A stretch of 64,000 bases of DNA from Holophagales bacterium (GTDB taxonomy: Bacteria; Acidobacteriota; Thermoanaerobaculia; Multivoradales; JAGPDF01): positions 2,696,165 to 2,760,164 of the forward strand of contig CP064972.1 of the NCBI GenBank assembly GCA_016699405.1, given 5' to 3'. Of this stretch, positions 1 through 9,531 are shown piece after piece (position 1 is the first letter of the stretch; each line of letters starts with the position of its first letter). The translations under genes and the position numbers were made by a program. The notes beneath the pieces are model-generated. The model was given only the letters and a program-made list of their open reading frames with translations, made no database searches and was not told the origin of the DNA.

Positions 1-6
1 GCGGCG

Positions 7-708
7 ATGTTCTGCCTGCTCTTCGGCGCCGGCTGCCAGTTCTTCGCCGGGCTGCTCAACCTGGTGAACCGCAACCTCTACGGCGGCACGCTCTTCCTGA
101 CCTTCGCCTTCAACTGGATCTACAACTGGTGGGGCTTGCACTCGCTCGCCCAGGGGAAGGTCGCCGACGGGACGATCGTCTTCGCCACCGAGGTGACGTT
201 CCTGGTGATCTTCGTCCTGATCACCTGGGGGTTCGGTCACTTCAGCTCGCTGCTCTTCCTGTTCCTGCTCGACATCGACCTGCTCTACCTGTTCAAGGTG
301 GCGGGACACCTGCTCGAGACGCAAGCCTTCGCCTTGCCGATCGCCCTGCTGACGGTCGGGCTGGTGGCGATCTCGCTGTGGATCGCCTTCGCGCTGCTGC
401 TCAACCCGGTCACCGGCCGCCGCGTCTTCGCCATGGGCGGGCCGCTCTTCGCCAGCCGGGCGGTGCCGCTGCTCGACCTCGCGCCGCGTCGCGCGGTGCT
501 CGGCCAGCTCTACGCGCGCTGGCAGAGCGGCGGCGAGGAGAGCATGGCGGTCGACGCGTTCGTCGCCTCGCTCGCGGCCTTTCCCGAGCGACGGATCGCC
601 GCCGAGATCTCCTACCTCGCCGCGCAGGGGTTGATCGAGCGATCCCAGGGCGGGGTGCGAATCGCCGCGCCGGGCATCGAGCGCTGGGAAGAGCTGCTCG
701 CCGGCTGA
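7..708 (+). CDS. Polytopic membrane protein with a C-terminal soluble winged-helix-like domain. The 5' end may be truncated by the window edge.
   Basis: The ORF runs from the window start. The N-terminal 140 aa are hydrophobic (FLTFAFNWIYNWWG, LLFLFLLDIDLLYLF, LLTVGLVAISLWIAFALLL). The C-terminal 90 aa are charged and helical (AQGLIERSQGGVRIAAPGIERWEELL). No enzyme motif was recognised. Confidence 0.4.
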   Translation: MFCLLFGAGCQFFAGLLNLVNRNLYGGTLFLTFAFNWIYNWWGLHSLAQGKVADGTIVFATEVTFLVIFVLITWGFGHFSSLLFLFLLDIDLLYLFKVAGHLLETQAFALPIALLTVGLVAISLWIAFALLLNPVTGRRVFAMGGPLFASRAVPLLDLAPRRAVLGQLYARWQSGGEESMAVDAFVASLAAFPERRIAAEISYLAAQGLIERSQGGVRIAAPGIERWEELLAG

Positions 709-743
709 GTCTCTCCGCTGGTGCGGTCGCGGTGGGCTGGCCC

Positions 744-1412
744 TCAGCGCCGCGCCCGGCGAGGGCGCAGCAGCAGGAGCAGCGGTGCGCCGGCGAGGAA
801 GCCCCCGAGGTGGGCCCACCAGGCGATGCCTCCGGCATCCGGCCGGGCAAGCAGCGCCGAGACGAGCTGCAGCAGCGCCCAGAACGGCAGGTAGAGCCAG
901 GCCGGCGTGCGCGACCACCAGGCGAAGAAGCCGAGCATGCTGACGCCCGAGATGCGGGCCCGCGGGTAGAGCACCAGGTAGGCCGCGAGCAGCCCGGCGA
1001 TCGCTCCGCTCGCGCCGACCATCGGCAGCCCCGACCGCGGGCTCATCGCCAGGTGCGCGGCCGCTGCGGCGAGACCGGAGAGAAAGTAGAGCGCGAGATG
1101 GCGACGCGCCCCGAGCGCGCCCTCGACCGGGCCGCCGAACACCCAGAGAAAGAGCAGGTTGCCGCCGAGGTGCAGCCAGCCGGCGTGAAGGAACATCGAG
1201 ACCGCCGTCGCGGCGAGCAGCCGGAACGGTCCGACGCCGAGCGGATCGGGGCCGAGGACACGCGCGGGGACGAGGGCGTGCTCGGCGAGCAGCGCGGGCA
1301 GGCGGGCGCCGAGGCGGAGCTCGACGGCGAAGGCGGCGAGGCAGAGCAGGACGAGGGCCGCCGTGGCGGCGGGGAAGCGGCGCGTCCGCGCCTCGCTGCG
1401 CAGCGGCAGCAT
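744..1412 (-). CDS. Rhomboid-family intramembrane serine protease
   Basis: GASGAIAGLLAAY (GxSG catalytic Ser) in TM4 and AHLGGFLAG (catalytic His) in TM6. HLGGNLLFLWVFG is the rhomboid L1/TM2 signature. Six predicted TM helices. Confidence 0.75.
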   Translation of the reverse strand: MLPLRSEARTRRFPAATAALVLLCLAAFAVELRLGARLPALLAEHALVPARVLGPDPLGVGPFRLLAATAVSMFLHAGWLHLGGNLLFLWVFGGPVEGALGARRHLALYFLSGLAAAAAHLAMSPRSGLPMVGASGAIAGLLAAYLVLYPRARISGVSMLGFFAWWSRTPAWLYLPFWALLQLVSALLARPDAGGIAWWAHLGGFLAGAPLLLLLRPRRARR

Positions 1413-1435
1413 CGTCGCTCGGGACGGCTCGTCGT

Positions 1436-2977
1436 TCAGCCGGTGCGGCCGGCGTCGCGCCGGGTCGGGCGGCGAACGGGCCGGGGGCGAACGACGTGGA
1501 TGCGCACCATGTTGGTCAGCGGGCGGTCGCGCATCGGGGCTCCCATGAGGAGCACCAACGCCTCGCCCGGCGCCACCAGGCGGCGGCGCAGCAGGTCACT
1601 CTCGATCTGGGCGATCAGCTCTTCGGTGCGCGCCGCGAGCCCCGCCGAAGGCGGCTCGACCTGGAGCGGCCGGACCCCCCAAAGCAACTGCATGCGCCGC
1701 GCCACGCGGGAGTCGGTGGAGTAGACGATCGCCGGGCTGGTCGGGCGATAGCGCGCCACTCGCCGCGCGGTGAAACCGCCCTGGCTGAAGGCGACGATCC
1801 GGCTGCCCGGCAGGCGGCGTGCCGCATGCACCGCCGCGGCGGCGACGACGTCGGCCACCGCGAGGGCGCTTGCCTGGGCGCCGCGCTCCGGTCCGGAGGT
1901 CGGCACGTCGAGGTGCCTCTCGCCGGAGGCGGCGGAGTCCTCTGCGGCGGCCGCCTGGCGATAGGCCTCGGCGCGCCCGATGATCCGCGCCATCGTGCGG
2001 ACCGCCTCGACCGGAAAGCGCCCGGCGGCGGTCTCCCCCGAGAGCATCAGGGCGTCGGCGCCGTCAAAGACGGCGTTAGCCACGTCCGAGGCCTCGGCGC
2101 GGGTCGGACGGGGTCGTTCCATCATCGACTCGAGCATCTGCGTGGCGACGATCACCGGCTTGCCGGCGCGGCGTCCGGCGGCGACGATCTCCTTCTGCAG
2201 CACCGGCACGCGAGCGAGCTCCACCTCGACCCCGAGATCGCCGCGGGCGACCATCACCGCGTCGGCGGCCTCGACGAGCTCGGCGATGCGGTCGTGCCGG
2301 TCGGAGCGGGAGACCGCGGCGGCGCGCTCGAGCTTGGCGATCAGCGGGATCTCGTCGCCGAGCTCGCGCAGCGCCTGCCGCAGGGCATGCAGATCGCTCG
2401 CCGCGGCGACGTAGCTCGCCGCGATGAAGTCGGCGCGCTCTTCGACCGCCATCGCCAGGTCGGCGCGGTCCTTGGGGGAGATCGAGAAGGGGATCGAGGT
2501 GTCCGGCAGGTTGATCCCCTTGCGCGTCGAGACGGCCCCGCCGAAGAGCACGCGCGCGTGGACCATGCGCCCGCGCTTGGATTCGACCTCGAGCTCGACG
2601 AGCCCGTTGTCGATCAGCACCCGCTCGCCGCGGCGCAGGTGGCGGAGGAACTCCGGATCGTCGATCGGCAGCTCGACCCCGGCGCTCGCCGGACCGAGGG
2701 CGACGCGCTCGCCGCGCCGCAGCATCCGCGGCCCGCCGGCGAGCTCGGCGAGGCGGAAGCGCGGTCCCATCAGGTCGAGGAGGATCGGCACCTCCTTGCC
2801 GATCGCCCCGGCGGCCTCCCGGACGGCGGCGATCGTCCGGCGGTGGATCTCCGGCGCCCCGTGGGAGAGGTTGAGCCGCACCACGTCGACGCCGGCGCGC
2901 AGCAGCGCCCGGAGGATCCGCGGCTCGGCACTGGCCGGGCCGACGGTGGCGACGATCTTGGCGCGACGTTCGCTCAC
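1436..2977 (-). CDS. pyk: Pyruvate kinase
   Basis: MSERRAKIVATVGPAS start, NLSHG, MVARGDLGVE, ATQMLESM and the C-terminal regulatory domain are all present and collinear with the PK family. Confidence 0.92.
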   Translation of the reverse strand: MSERRAKIVATVGPASAEPRILRALLRAGVDVVRLNLSHGAPEIHRRTIAAVREAAGAIGKEVPILLDLMGPRFRLAELAGGPRMLRRGERVALGPASAGVELPIDDPEFLRHLRRGERVLIDNGLVELEVESKRGRMVHARVLFGGAVSTRKGINLPDTSIPFSISPKDRADLAMAVEERADFIAASYVAAASDLHALRQALRELGDEIPLIAKLERAAAVSRSDRHDRIAELVEAADAVMVARGDLGVEVELARVPVLQKEIVAAGRRAGKPVIVATQMLESMMERPRPTRAEASDVANAVFDGADALMLSGETAAGRFPVEAVRTMARIIGRAEAYRQAAAAEDSAASGERHLDVPTSGPERGAQASALAVADVVAAAAVHAARRLPGSRIVAFSQGGFTARRVARYRPTSPAIVYSTDSRVARRMQLLWGVRPLQVEPPSAGLAARTEELIAQIESDLLRRRLVAPGEALVLLMGAPMRDRPLTNMVRIHVVRPRPVRRPTRRDAGRTG

Positions 2978-3051
2978 AGGGGGCGGAAGTATAGCGCGGG
3001 GGTCTGCTATCCTCGCCGGCCCGGGCGTCCGCCCGAGGACCGAGGGCTCCC

Positions 3052-4380
3052 ATGTTCGACGGCTTGCAGACCAAATTCCAGGATGTCTTCCGCCGCCTGC
3101 GCGGCGAGGGGCGAGTCACCGAGGACCACCTCCGGGCGGCGCTGCGCGAGATCCGCCTGGCGTTGCTCGAGGCGGACGTCCATTTCCGCGTGGTCAAGGC
3201 GTTCCTCGAGAAGGTCGAGCGGCAGGCGCTCGGCGAGGAGGTCTTGCAGAGCCTCTCGCCCGACCAGCAGGTCCTGCGCATCGTGCGCGACGAGCTCGTC
3301 GCCCTGCTCGGCGAGGACGGCAAGGAGCTGCAGCTCTCCGGCACGCCAGCGGTCGTCCTGCTCTGCGGCCTCCAGGGCTCCGGCAAGACGACCACCGCCG
3401 GCAAGCTCGCCAAGCGGCTGGCGGGGCGGCGGCGCTATCCGCTGCTCGTCGCCGGTGACCTGCAGCGCGCCGCAGCGGTCGAGCAGCTCGTCCAGGTCGG
3501 CGCCAAGGTCGAGGTCCCGGTGCTGGTGCCGCAGCCGGGCGAAGGGGTGCTGGCGCTCGCCGAGCGCTCGCTCAAGTACGCCCGCGACCGCGGCTACGAC
3601 GTGATCCTCTTCGACACCGCCGGCCGGCTGCACGTCGACGAGGCGCTGATGGCCGAGCTCAAGGGCGTCTCGGCTCGCCTGAAGCCGTGCGAGACGATCT
3701 TCGTCGCCGACTCGATGACCGGCCAGGACGCGGTCCGCTCGGCCGAAGAGTTCGCCCGCGCCCTGCCGGTGACCGGCGTGCTGCTCACCAAGCTCGACGG
3801 CGATGCCCGCGGCGGTGCGGCGCTCTCGGTGCGCTCGGTCACCGGCCTGCCGATCCGTTTCGTCGGCACCGGCGAGAAGGTCGAGGACCTCGAGCTCTTC
3901 CAGGGGGGGCGGCTCGCCTCGCGCATCCTCGGGATGGGCGACATCCTCACCCTGATCGAGCGGGCCGAAAAACAGGTCGACGTCGCCGACGCCCAGCGCC
4001 TGGCCGAGCGGATGGCGCGCCAGGAGTTCACCCTCGAGGACCTGCGCGACCAGCTCCGCCAGTTCCGCAAGCTCGGGCCGCTCTCGTCCGTCCTCGATCT
4101 CCTCCCGAAGATGGGCGGGATGCGCAACCTCGAGATCGGCGACGCCGAGGAGAAGCGGCTCAAGCGGGTCGAGGCGATCATCGGCTCGATGACCCCCACC
4201 GAGCGCCGCAACCCGAGCATCCTCAACGCCAACCGCAAGAAGCGCGTCGCTCGCGGCTCCGGCACCTCGGTGCAGGACATCAACCAACTGCTCAAGCAGT
4301 ACCTCGAGATGCGCAAGATGATGAAAGCCGCCCAATCCAAGGGCGGCTGGCTGCGCAAGGCCCTGGCGCGGAAGCGCTGA
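3052..4380 (+). CDS. ffh: Signal recognition particle protein Ffh
   Basis: N-domain, G-domain with GLQGSGKTTT P-loop, DTAGR, TKLDGDARGG, and a Met-rich M-domain (KMGGMRNL...MRKMMK). Confidence 0.95.
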   Translation: MFDGLQTKFQDVFRRLRGEGRVTEDHLRAALREIRLALLEADVHFRVVKAFLEKVERQALGEEVLQSLSPDQQVLRIVRDELVALLGEDGKELQLSGTPAVVLLCGLQGSGKTTTAGKLAKRLAGRRRYPLLVAGDLQRAAAVEQLVQVGAKVEVPVLVPQPGEGVLALAERSLKYARDRGYDVILFDTAGRLHVDEALMAELKGVSARLKPCETIFVADSMTGQDAVRSAEEFARALPVTGVLLTKLDGDARGGAALSVRSVTGLPIRFVGTGEKVEDLELFQGGRLASRILGMGDILTLIERAEKQVDVADAQRLAERMARQEFTLEDLRDQLRQFRKLGPLSSVLDLLPKMGGMRNLEIGDAEEKRLKRVEAIIGSMTPTERRNPSILNANRKKRVARGSGTSVQDINQLLKQYLEMRKMMKAAQSKGGWLRKALARKR

Positions 4381-4415
4381 GGCGAGGTCGCCGGCCGGCG
4401 CGGCGGCCCGGCCGG

Positions 4416-6407
4416 TCAGCGAGCGTTCGCCCGGGACACCGGCAAGGCGCCGACCTCCTGGACCGGGGGAAACGGCCTGCCGAGGGGGTTCGACATGCTC
4501 CAGGTCGTCCCGCTCGCCACGTCTTCGACCTCGAGCTCGACGGCGACATTGGTGAGGCCGGTGGCATAGACCCAGGCGTGTCCGTTGACGGCATCGCCGT
4601 CGAGCACTTTGACGACGAGCTCGAGGTTCTCGTCGTCGAAGAAGGAAAACAGGGCGCTCTGGTCGCCGAGCCGGCAGCCGCGTGCGCCGCCTCGTCGGCC
4701 CTGGAAGTCCTGCCAGCTCGCGCGCACGCGGAACCTCCCGCCGCCGAGCAGCACCGGCTCGCCCGACGCCGCACAGCTCCAGTCCGGTGGCTCGACGGGG
4801 CCGCCACCGACCAGAGGGTCCGCGGCGCAGGTGGAGAAGAGACCGAGCTCCTGCACCGGAGAGAAGGGGACCCCGCCCGGGGAGTAGAAGGAGCGCACGA
4901 TGCCGGTCGACAGGTCGGTGACCACGAGCTGGACCTCGCGGTCGGTGAGCCCGGCGGCATACGCCCAGAAGTTGCCGTTGACCCCGCAGCCGTCGAGCAC
5001 CTTGACGAGCAGCTCGAGGTTGTCGGGCGCGAAGAGCCAGAAGGCACCCGACTCGCGCGTCAGCGGGATCGCGTGTGCGCTCTCGCCGCCGGTCTCGGCG
5101 AGGCGCGTGAAGGCGCGCACCTGGAACCTCCCGTCGTGGAGGCAGAGCGTCGTCCCGTCCGCCTCGCAGGGCAGCGCGAAGCGCCGCGCCAGGACGTCCA
5201 TGTTGCCTTGGTAGCCGTTCCACCACTCGTAAGCGACGGTGAAGACGCCCGCGTCGGAGATCGCCACGCGGGGCGACGTTTCCTCGAGAGCGTCGGGCCA
5301 GTCGTCGACCGGCAGTTCCGCCCCGTAGGGAGTCCCGTCGGCGCGATAGGCGCGCAGGAAGACCTGCTCCCAGGCGCTCGTCCAGGTGACGACGAAACGC
5401 CCCGCCGAGTCCATCGCTACCTTCGCGTCGTAGCCGAGCGTCGGGCCGGTCGAGACCTGGAATTCGGTGCCGACTTTCCTTCCGAGAAGGTCGAAGCGTT
5501 GCCCGAACACGCGATAGCCGGGGCCGGTCTGACCGAGACTCTCCCAGACCACCACGGAGCCCGACTGCCCGGCGCTGACCGAAGGGTAGTGCTGCGTACC
5601 TTCGGTGAAGGTGTTGACATCGATCTCGTCTCCCTCGGGAACGCCTTCAGGACTGAACACGCGAGCCCGCACGCCCTCGCCGGAGGCGTCGCCATCCGGG
5701 CTGGACCAGGCGTGAACGAACCTCCCGCCGGGAAGCGCGGCGACCTCGGAGCTTTGAAATCCGCCGCCGATTCCCTCGCGGATCACCGGCGTCAACGGCA
5801 AGCCACCGGAGGTGAAGCGTTGAACGGAGGCTGCGGACGGCTCCCCAAGCACCACGGTCTGCTGATTCGACAATGCGATCGTTGCGTCCGGCCAAGCGGT
5901 AACGGAGTCGACCCCGTCCAGGCCGCTTGCTGAATCCACCCAGGCGAAGCTCGGGCCCCAGGCTCCTTGGGTCGAATCGAGCGCCCTTCCCTGGCGGTCC
6001 GAGGTCCGCCGAGCCGGATCGATTTGGTACCAGGCTACGGCACCGCGGCCGTTGCGAGCGAGCGCGAGGACCGGTGCGAAGGACTGTGCGGCGATCGGAC
6101 TCAAGAGTCCGATGTCGGAAGAGGATCCGGCTTCGTCGAAGAACCTCGCGATGACCGTGATCTGGCTGGGCGTCGGGATCGGTCGTAGCTGCCGGGTGTC
6201 CTCGAACACGATCACGGTTCGACCGGAGTAGTCCATTCCTACAGATGGTTGTGCCTGACGCTCGGTCTGGTCCTCTTGCACCGGCACCGGACCGGAGACC
6301 GGCCATTGGGAGTTGCCCGCCGAGGCGACAAGCGCGGCCAGTCCGCAAGCGAGACGGAGCCCAGCCGTGGCTCGGTGGCGCGGGGAGGCTCGACGATGGG
6401 GGCTCAC
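4416..6407 (-). CDS. Secreted protein of unknown function with two tandem ~100-aa C-terminal repeat domains
   Basis: The long ORF 4416..6668 has a GTG at about 6407 followed by a signal-peptide-like ATAGLRLACGLAALVASA. Starts at 6668 would run into the rpsP promoter. The C terminus carries two copies of RFxVRA..(x40)..NLELxVKVLDGxxVNGxxWxYAxGLT..(x20)..PFxPVQExG. No catalytic motif was recognised. Confidence 0.55.
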   Translation of the reverse strand: MSPHRRASPRHRATAGLRLACGLAALVASAGNSQWPVSGPVPVQEDQTERQAQPSVGMDYSGRTVIVFEDTRQLRPIPTPSQITVIARFFDEAGSSSDIGLLSPIAAQSFAPVLALARNGRGAVAWYQIDPARRTSDRQGRALDSTQGAWGPSFAWVDSASGLDGVDSVTAWPDATIALSNQQTVVLGEPSAASVQRFTSGGLPLTPVIREGIGGGFQSSEVAALPGGRFVHAWSSPDGDASGEGVRARVFSPEGVPEGDEIDVNTFTEGTQHYPSVSAGQSGSVVVWESLGQTGPGYRVFGQRFDLLGRKVGTEFQVSTGPTLGYDAKVAMDSAGRFVVTWTSAWEQVFLRAYRADGTPYGAELPVDDWPDALEETSPRVAISDAGVFTVAYEWWNGYQGNMDVLARRFALPCEADGTTLCLHDGRFQVRAFTRLAETGGESAHAIPLTRESGAFWLFAPDNLELLVKVLDGCGVNGNFWAYAAGLTDREVQLVVTDLSTGIVRSFYSPGGVPFSPVQELGLFSTCAADPLVGGGPVEPPDWSCAASGEPVLLGGGRFRVRASWQDFQGRRGGARGCRLGDQSALFSFFDDENLELVVKVLDGDAVNGHAWVYATGLTNVAVELEVEDVASGTTWSMSNPLGRPFPPVQEVGALPVSRANAR

Positions 6408-6534
6408 CAGCGATCGTCCTGGGCGAGTGGGGTGCCAGTGAGCATTGTCCCAGTCGGCGGCAGCGCTGTCGATGCACGAAGGAGTGGGATCGGCCTTTCC
6501 TGGCCGTGCGGGTCGGCGCCGGATCGCGGCGGGG

Positions 6535-6563
6535 TTGGCTCGGGGAACGGGGCAGGGTATGAT
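6535..6563 (+). promoter_or_regulatory. Sigma70-like promoter of the rpsP operon (TTGGCT-N17-TATGAT)
   Basis: TTGGCT at about 6535, a 17-nt spacer, then TATGAT at about 6558, roughly 70 nt upstream of the rpsP ATG. A GGAGGAAGG RBS lies 9 nt before the ATG. Confidence 0.5.
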
Positions 6564-6630
6564 CCTCGTTCCGTCCGCTCTCCGGGTCCCGGAGCCGCGG
6601 TCGCTTCTCACGCTGGAGGAAGGAAACGAG

Positions 6631-6873
6631 ATGGTCAAGATCCGTCTGCGCCGGATGGGCGCGACCAATGCGCCGTACTACCGCATCGTCGTCTCGGACT
6701 CGCGCAAGGTGCCGATGAGCGCGGCGATCGAGGAGATCGGCTACTACGACCCGCGTTCGAAGCCGGCCAAGGCTCACGTCGACGCGACCCGCCTCGACTA
6801 CTGGGTGGCCCGTGGCGCCCAGTGCTCCGACACGGTCAAGAAGCTGGTCGCCCGGCAGAAGGTGTCGGCCTGA
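6631..6873 (+). CDS. rpsP: 30S ribosomal protein S16
   Basis: MVKIRLRRMGATNAPYYRIVVSDSRKVPMSAAIEEIGYYDP is a canonical S16 sequence. Confidence 0.95.
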   Translation: MVKIRLRRMGATNAPYYRIVVSDSRKVPMSAAIEEIGYYDPRSKPAKAHVDATRLDYWVARGAQCSDTVKKLVARQKVSA

Positions 6874-6887
6874 GCGAGGAGCCGTCC

Positions 6888-7127
6888 TTGGGCGCTCGCG
6901 AGGATCTCGTCGCCGTCGTTTCCCGGTTGGTCGATCGACCCGACCGGGTGAGGGTGCACGAGAGCGAGCGGGACGGCGTGGTCGAGCTGGTCATCGACAC
7001 CGCCCCCGAGGACCGTGGCAAGGTGATCGGGCGTCAGGGACGCACGATCAACGCCCTCCGGTCGCTGCTCGCCGTCCGCGATGCCCGTCTGGGCGAACGC
7101 CATGTCCTCGACACGGGAGATGACTGA
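6888..7127 (+). CDS. KH-domain RNA-binding protein (UPF0109/YlqC family)
   Basis: ELVIDTAPEDRGKVIGRQGRTINALRSLL contains the KH GxxG loop. It sits in the conserved position between rpsP and rimM. The start (TTG at about 6888) is uncertain. Confidence 0.7.
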   Translation: MGAREDLVAVVSRLVDRPDRVRVHESERDGVVELVIDTAPEDRGKVIGRQGRTINALRSLLAVRDARLGERHVLDTGDD

Positions 7128-7656
7128 GCCGCCCGATCGCGTGCTGGTCGGCCGCGTCCTGCGTCCCCACGGTCTGCGCGGCGCCGTCCTGGTCGAGAGC
7201 CTTTCCGACAACAGTTCACGCTATCAACCCGGGGCCGAGCTGCTGCTCCGGCGTGAAGGGCGCCCCGCCGTCGCCATGCGGGTCGCCGAGCGTCGCGCCA
7301 ACCCGCACGGACTGGTCGTCCGGTTCGACGGCGTCGAGTCGTGCGAGGCGGCTGAAGCGCTGCGCGGCGCCTGGCTCGAAGTCGACCGGAGCGAGGTGCC
7401 GCCACCGCCGGCCGGGAGCTACTGGATCTTCGACCTGCTGGGGAGCCGCTGCGTCGATTCGCGGCACGGCGAGCTCGGCACGCTTGCCGACCTCGTCGAG
7501 GACGGCGGCGGCACCGTGCTGAGGATCGTGCGGCCGGGGGCCGAATTGCTGGTGCCGTTCGTCGATCGCTTCGTCGTGGCGGTCGACGCGGCCGCGCGCG
7601 AGGTGCGGCTGGAGCTGCCCGAAGGGCTGGTGGAAGCGTGCACGTCGACGTCCTGA
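7120..7656 (+). CDS. rimM: 16S rRNA processing protein RimM
   Basis: VLVGRVLRPHGLRGAVLVESLSD is the RimM N-terminal signature, followed by a PRC barrel. The ATG overlaps the KH gene stop (ATGACTGA). Confidence 0.85.
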   Translation: MTEPPDRVLVGRVLRPHGLRGAVLVESLSDNSSRYQPGAELLLRREGRPAVAMRVAERRANPHGLVVRFDGVESCEAAEALRGAWLEVDRSEVPPPPAGSYWIFDLLGSRCVDSRHGELGTLADLVEDGGGTVLRIVRPGAELLVPFVDRFVVAVDAAAREVRLELPEGLVEACTSTS

Positions 7657-8405
7657 CGATCTTCCCGGAGCTCTTCGGTCCGTTCCTCGCGACCTCGCTC
7701 ATCGGCCGGGCGCGTCAGCGCGGCCTGCTCGAGGTCGAGGTGCACGACCTGCGGAGCTGGGGCGAGGGGCGCCATCGGACCGTCGACGACGTCCCCTACG
7801 GCGGGGGGGGTGGGATGGTGATGACCGCGCCGCCGTGGATTCGCGCGGTGCGGGCCGTTTCGGGCGAGCGCCGTCCCTGGCGGGTGTTGCTTTCGCCGCA
7901 GGGTGCACCGCTCGACGAGGCGAAGGTGCGGGAGCTGGCCGGCCGCGGGGCGCTCGTGCTGCTCTGCGGCCGCTACGAAGGGATCGACGAGCGGGTGCGG
8001 GAGACGGTGGTCGACGAAGAGGTGTCGATCGGCGACTTCGTGCTGTCCGGCGGGGAGCTGCCGGCGATGGTGCTGATCGAGGCGGTGTCGCGGCAGGTGC
8101 CCGGGGTGGTCCAACTCGCCGAGTCGGTCGAGCGGGACAGTTTCCGCGCCGGGCTCCTCGACCACCCCCACTACACCCGTCCGCCGGTGGTCGAGGGGCT
8201 GGCGGTCCCCGAGGTGCTGCTCTCGGGCAACCACGCCGAAATCGAGCGCTGGCGGGAGGCCGCCGCCCGCGCCGCCACGCTCCGCAAGCGGCCCGATTTG
8301 CTCGACCGAGTGCGCGTCTGCGAGAATCAGCGGCGCGAGCTCGGGCGGCAGGACCGGGAGGTCCGGCCGCCGGGGGTTGCAGTGTCGCCGGAGCATCGAG
8401 AATAA
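7638..8405 (+). CDS. trmD: tRNA (guanine37-N1)-methyltransferase TrmD
   Basis: MHVDVLTIFPELF, PYGGGGGMV, LLCGRYEGIDERV and LSIGDFVLSGGELPAMVLIEAVSR are TrmD SPOUT motifs. GTG start overlaps the rimM end. Confidence 0.92.
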   Translation: MHVDVLTIFPELFGPFLATSLIGRARQRGLLEVEVHDLRSWGEGRHRTVDDVPYGGGGGMVMTAPPWIRAVRAVSGERRPWRVLLSPQGAPLDEAKVRELAGRGALVLLCGRYEGIDERVRETVVDEEVSIGDFVLSGGELPAMVLIEAVSRQVPGVVQLAESVERDSFRAGLLDHPHYTRPPVVEGLAVPEVLLSGNHAEIERWREAAARAATLRKRPDLLDRVRVCENQRRELGRQDREVRPPGVAVSPEHRE

Positions 8406-8453
8406 TCGCGAGTTCACGTCGCGATGGACAGGGAAGATCGAGGACGCATCATC

Positions 8454-8828
8454 ATGAATGAGTTGACGCGAGTCGAAGGCGCTTACCTGCGGGAGGGCAT
8501 CCCATCCTTCCGTCCCGGCGACACCGTGCGGGTGCAGGTGCGAGTGGTCGAAGGGGACAAGGAGCGCTTGCAGGCGTTCCAGGGGGTGGTCATCTCCCGC
8601 AAGGGCGGCGGCACCCGCGAGATGTTCACCGTGCGCAAGATCTCCGGCGGCACCGGGGTGGAGCGGATCTTCCCCCTCCACTCGCCGAACGTCGACCGGA
8701 TCGAAGTGCTGCGCCGCGGGCGCGTGCGCCGGGCGAAGCTGTACTACCTGCGCAATCTGCGCGGCAAGGCGGCGCGCATCGAGGAACGGCGCGACGAGCC
8801 GGGCAAGGCTGCAGCGAACGCGGGCTGA
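8454..8828 (+). CDS. rplS: 50S ribosomal protein L19
   Basis: [46 protein letters not shown] is a canonical L19 sequence. GAGGA RBS upstream of the ATG at 8454. Confidence 0.92.
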   Translation: MNELTRVEGAYLREGIPSFRPGDTVRVQVRVVEGDKERLQAFQGVVISRKGGGTREMFTVRKISGGTGVERIFPLHSPNVDRIEVLRRGRVRRAKLYYLRNLRGKAARIEERRDEPGKAAANAG

Positions 8829-8874
8829 CGCGCGGAGCCGGCGCGCAAGATCTGCCGGCGGGCAAGGAGGTCGG

Positions 8875-9531
8875 TTGTCGACCTGGATTCGTCTCGTGGC
8901 CGAGACCTGCCGTCTGCGCCGGGTGCGGGCGATCGAGGAGCAGCTCGCCCTGGCCGGCTACGGTCGGGTCGCGGGCGTGGACGAGGCCGGCCGCGGTGCC
9001 CTGGCCGGTCCGGTGGTCGCCGCCGCGGTGATTCCCGACCCGTCCCGGCCGATTCCCGGCGTCGACGACAGCAAGGCCCTTTCGCCCGAGAAGCGCGAAG
9101 CGCTCGCTCCCTGGATCGAGCGCAGCGCGCTCGCCTGGGCGGTCGTCGCGGTCGACGCGGCGACGATCGATTCCATCGACATCCTCCAGGCGACCCGGCT
9201 GGCGATGCGCCGCGCGCTCGCCGCGCTCGCCGTGCGCCCTGACGCGGTGATCACCGACGCCATGCCCTTCGACGACCTCGGCGTGCCCTGCCTCGCGGTC
9301 ATTCACGGCGACGCCCTCTGCCACGCCGTGGGCTGTGCCTCGATCCTCGCCAAGGTGGGCCGCGACCGCATGCTGCGCGACCTCGATCGCGCTCATCCGG
9401 GCTACGGCCTGGCCGAGCACAAGGGTTACGGTGCCGCATCCCACCTCGCGGCGCTCGAGGCGCTCGGGCCGAGCCCGAGCCACCGGCTGACCTTCGGACG
9501 GGTGCTGCCGCGCCTGCGGGAGGCGGCCTGA
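8875..9531 (+). CDS. rnhB: Ribonuclease HII
   Basis: [19 protein letters not shown] carries the DEAGRG catalytic motif, followed by [12 protein letters not shown] and GYGxxxH. TTG start with an AAGGAGG RBS. Confidence 0.85.
   Translation: MSTWIRLVAETCRLRRVRAIEEQLALAGYGRVAGVDEAGRGALAGPVVAAAVIPDPSRPIPGVDDSKALSPEKREALAPWIERSALAWAVVAVDAATIDSIDILQATRLAMRRALAALAVRPDAVITDAMPFDDLGVPCLAVIHGDALCHAVGCASILAKVGRDRMLRDLDRAHPGYGLAEHKGYGAASHLAALEALGPSPSHRLTFGRVLPRLREAA

Noticed and set aside
129-3604. ORFs 129..1724(+), 1496..3604(+), 2076..3413(-), 410..850(-)
   Set aside because: They overlap the rhomboid, pyk and ffh genes in other frames and have no domain content. They are GC artefacts.
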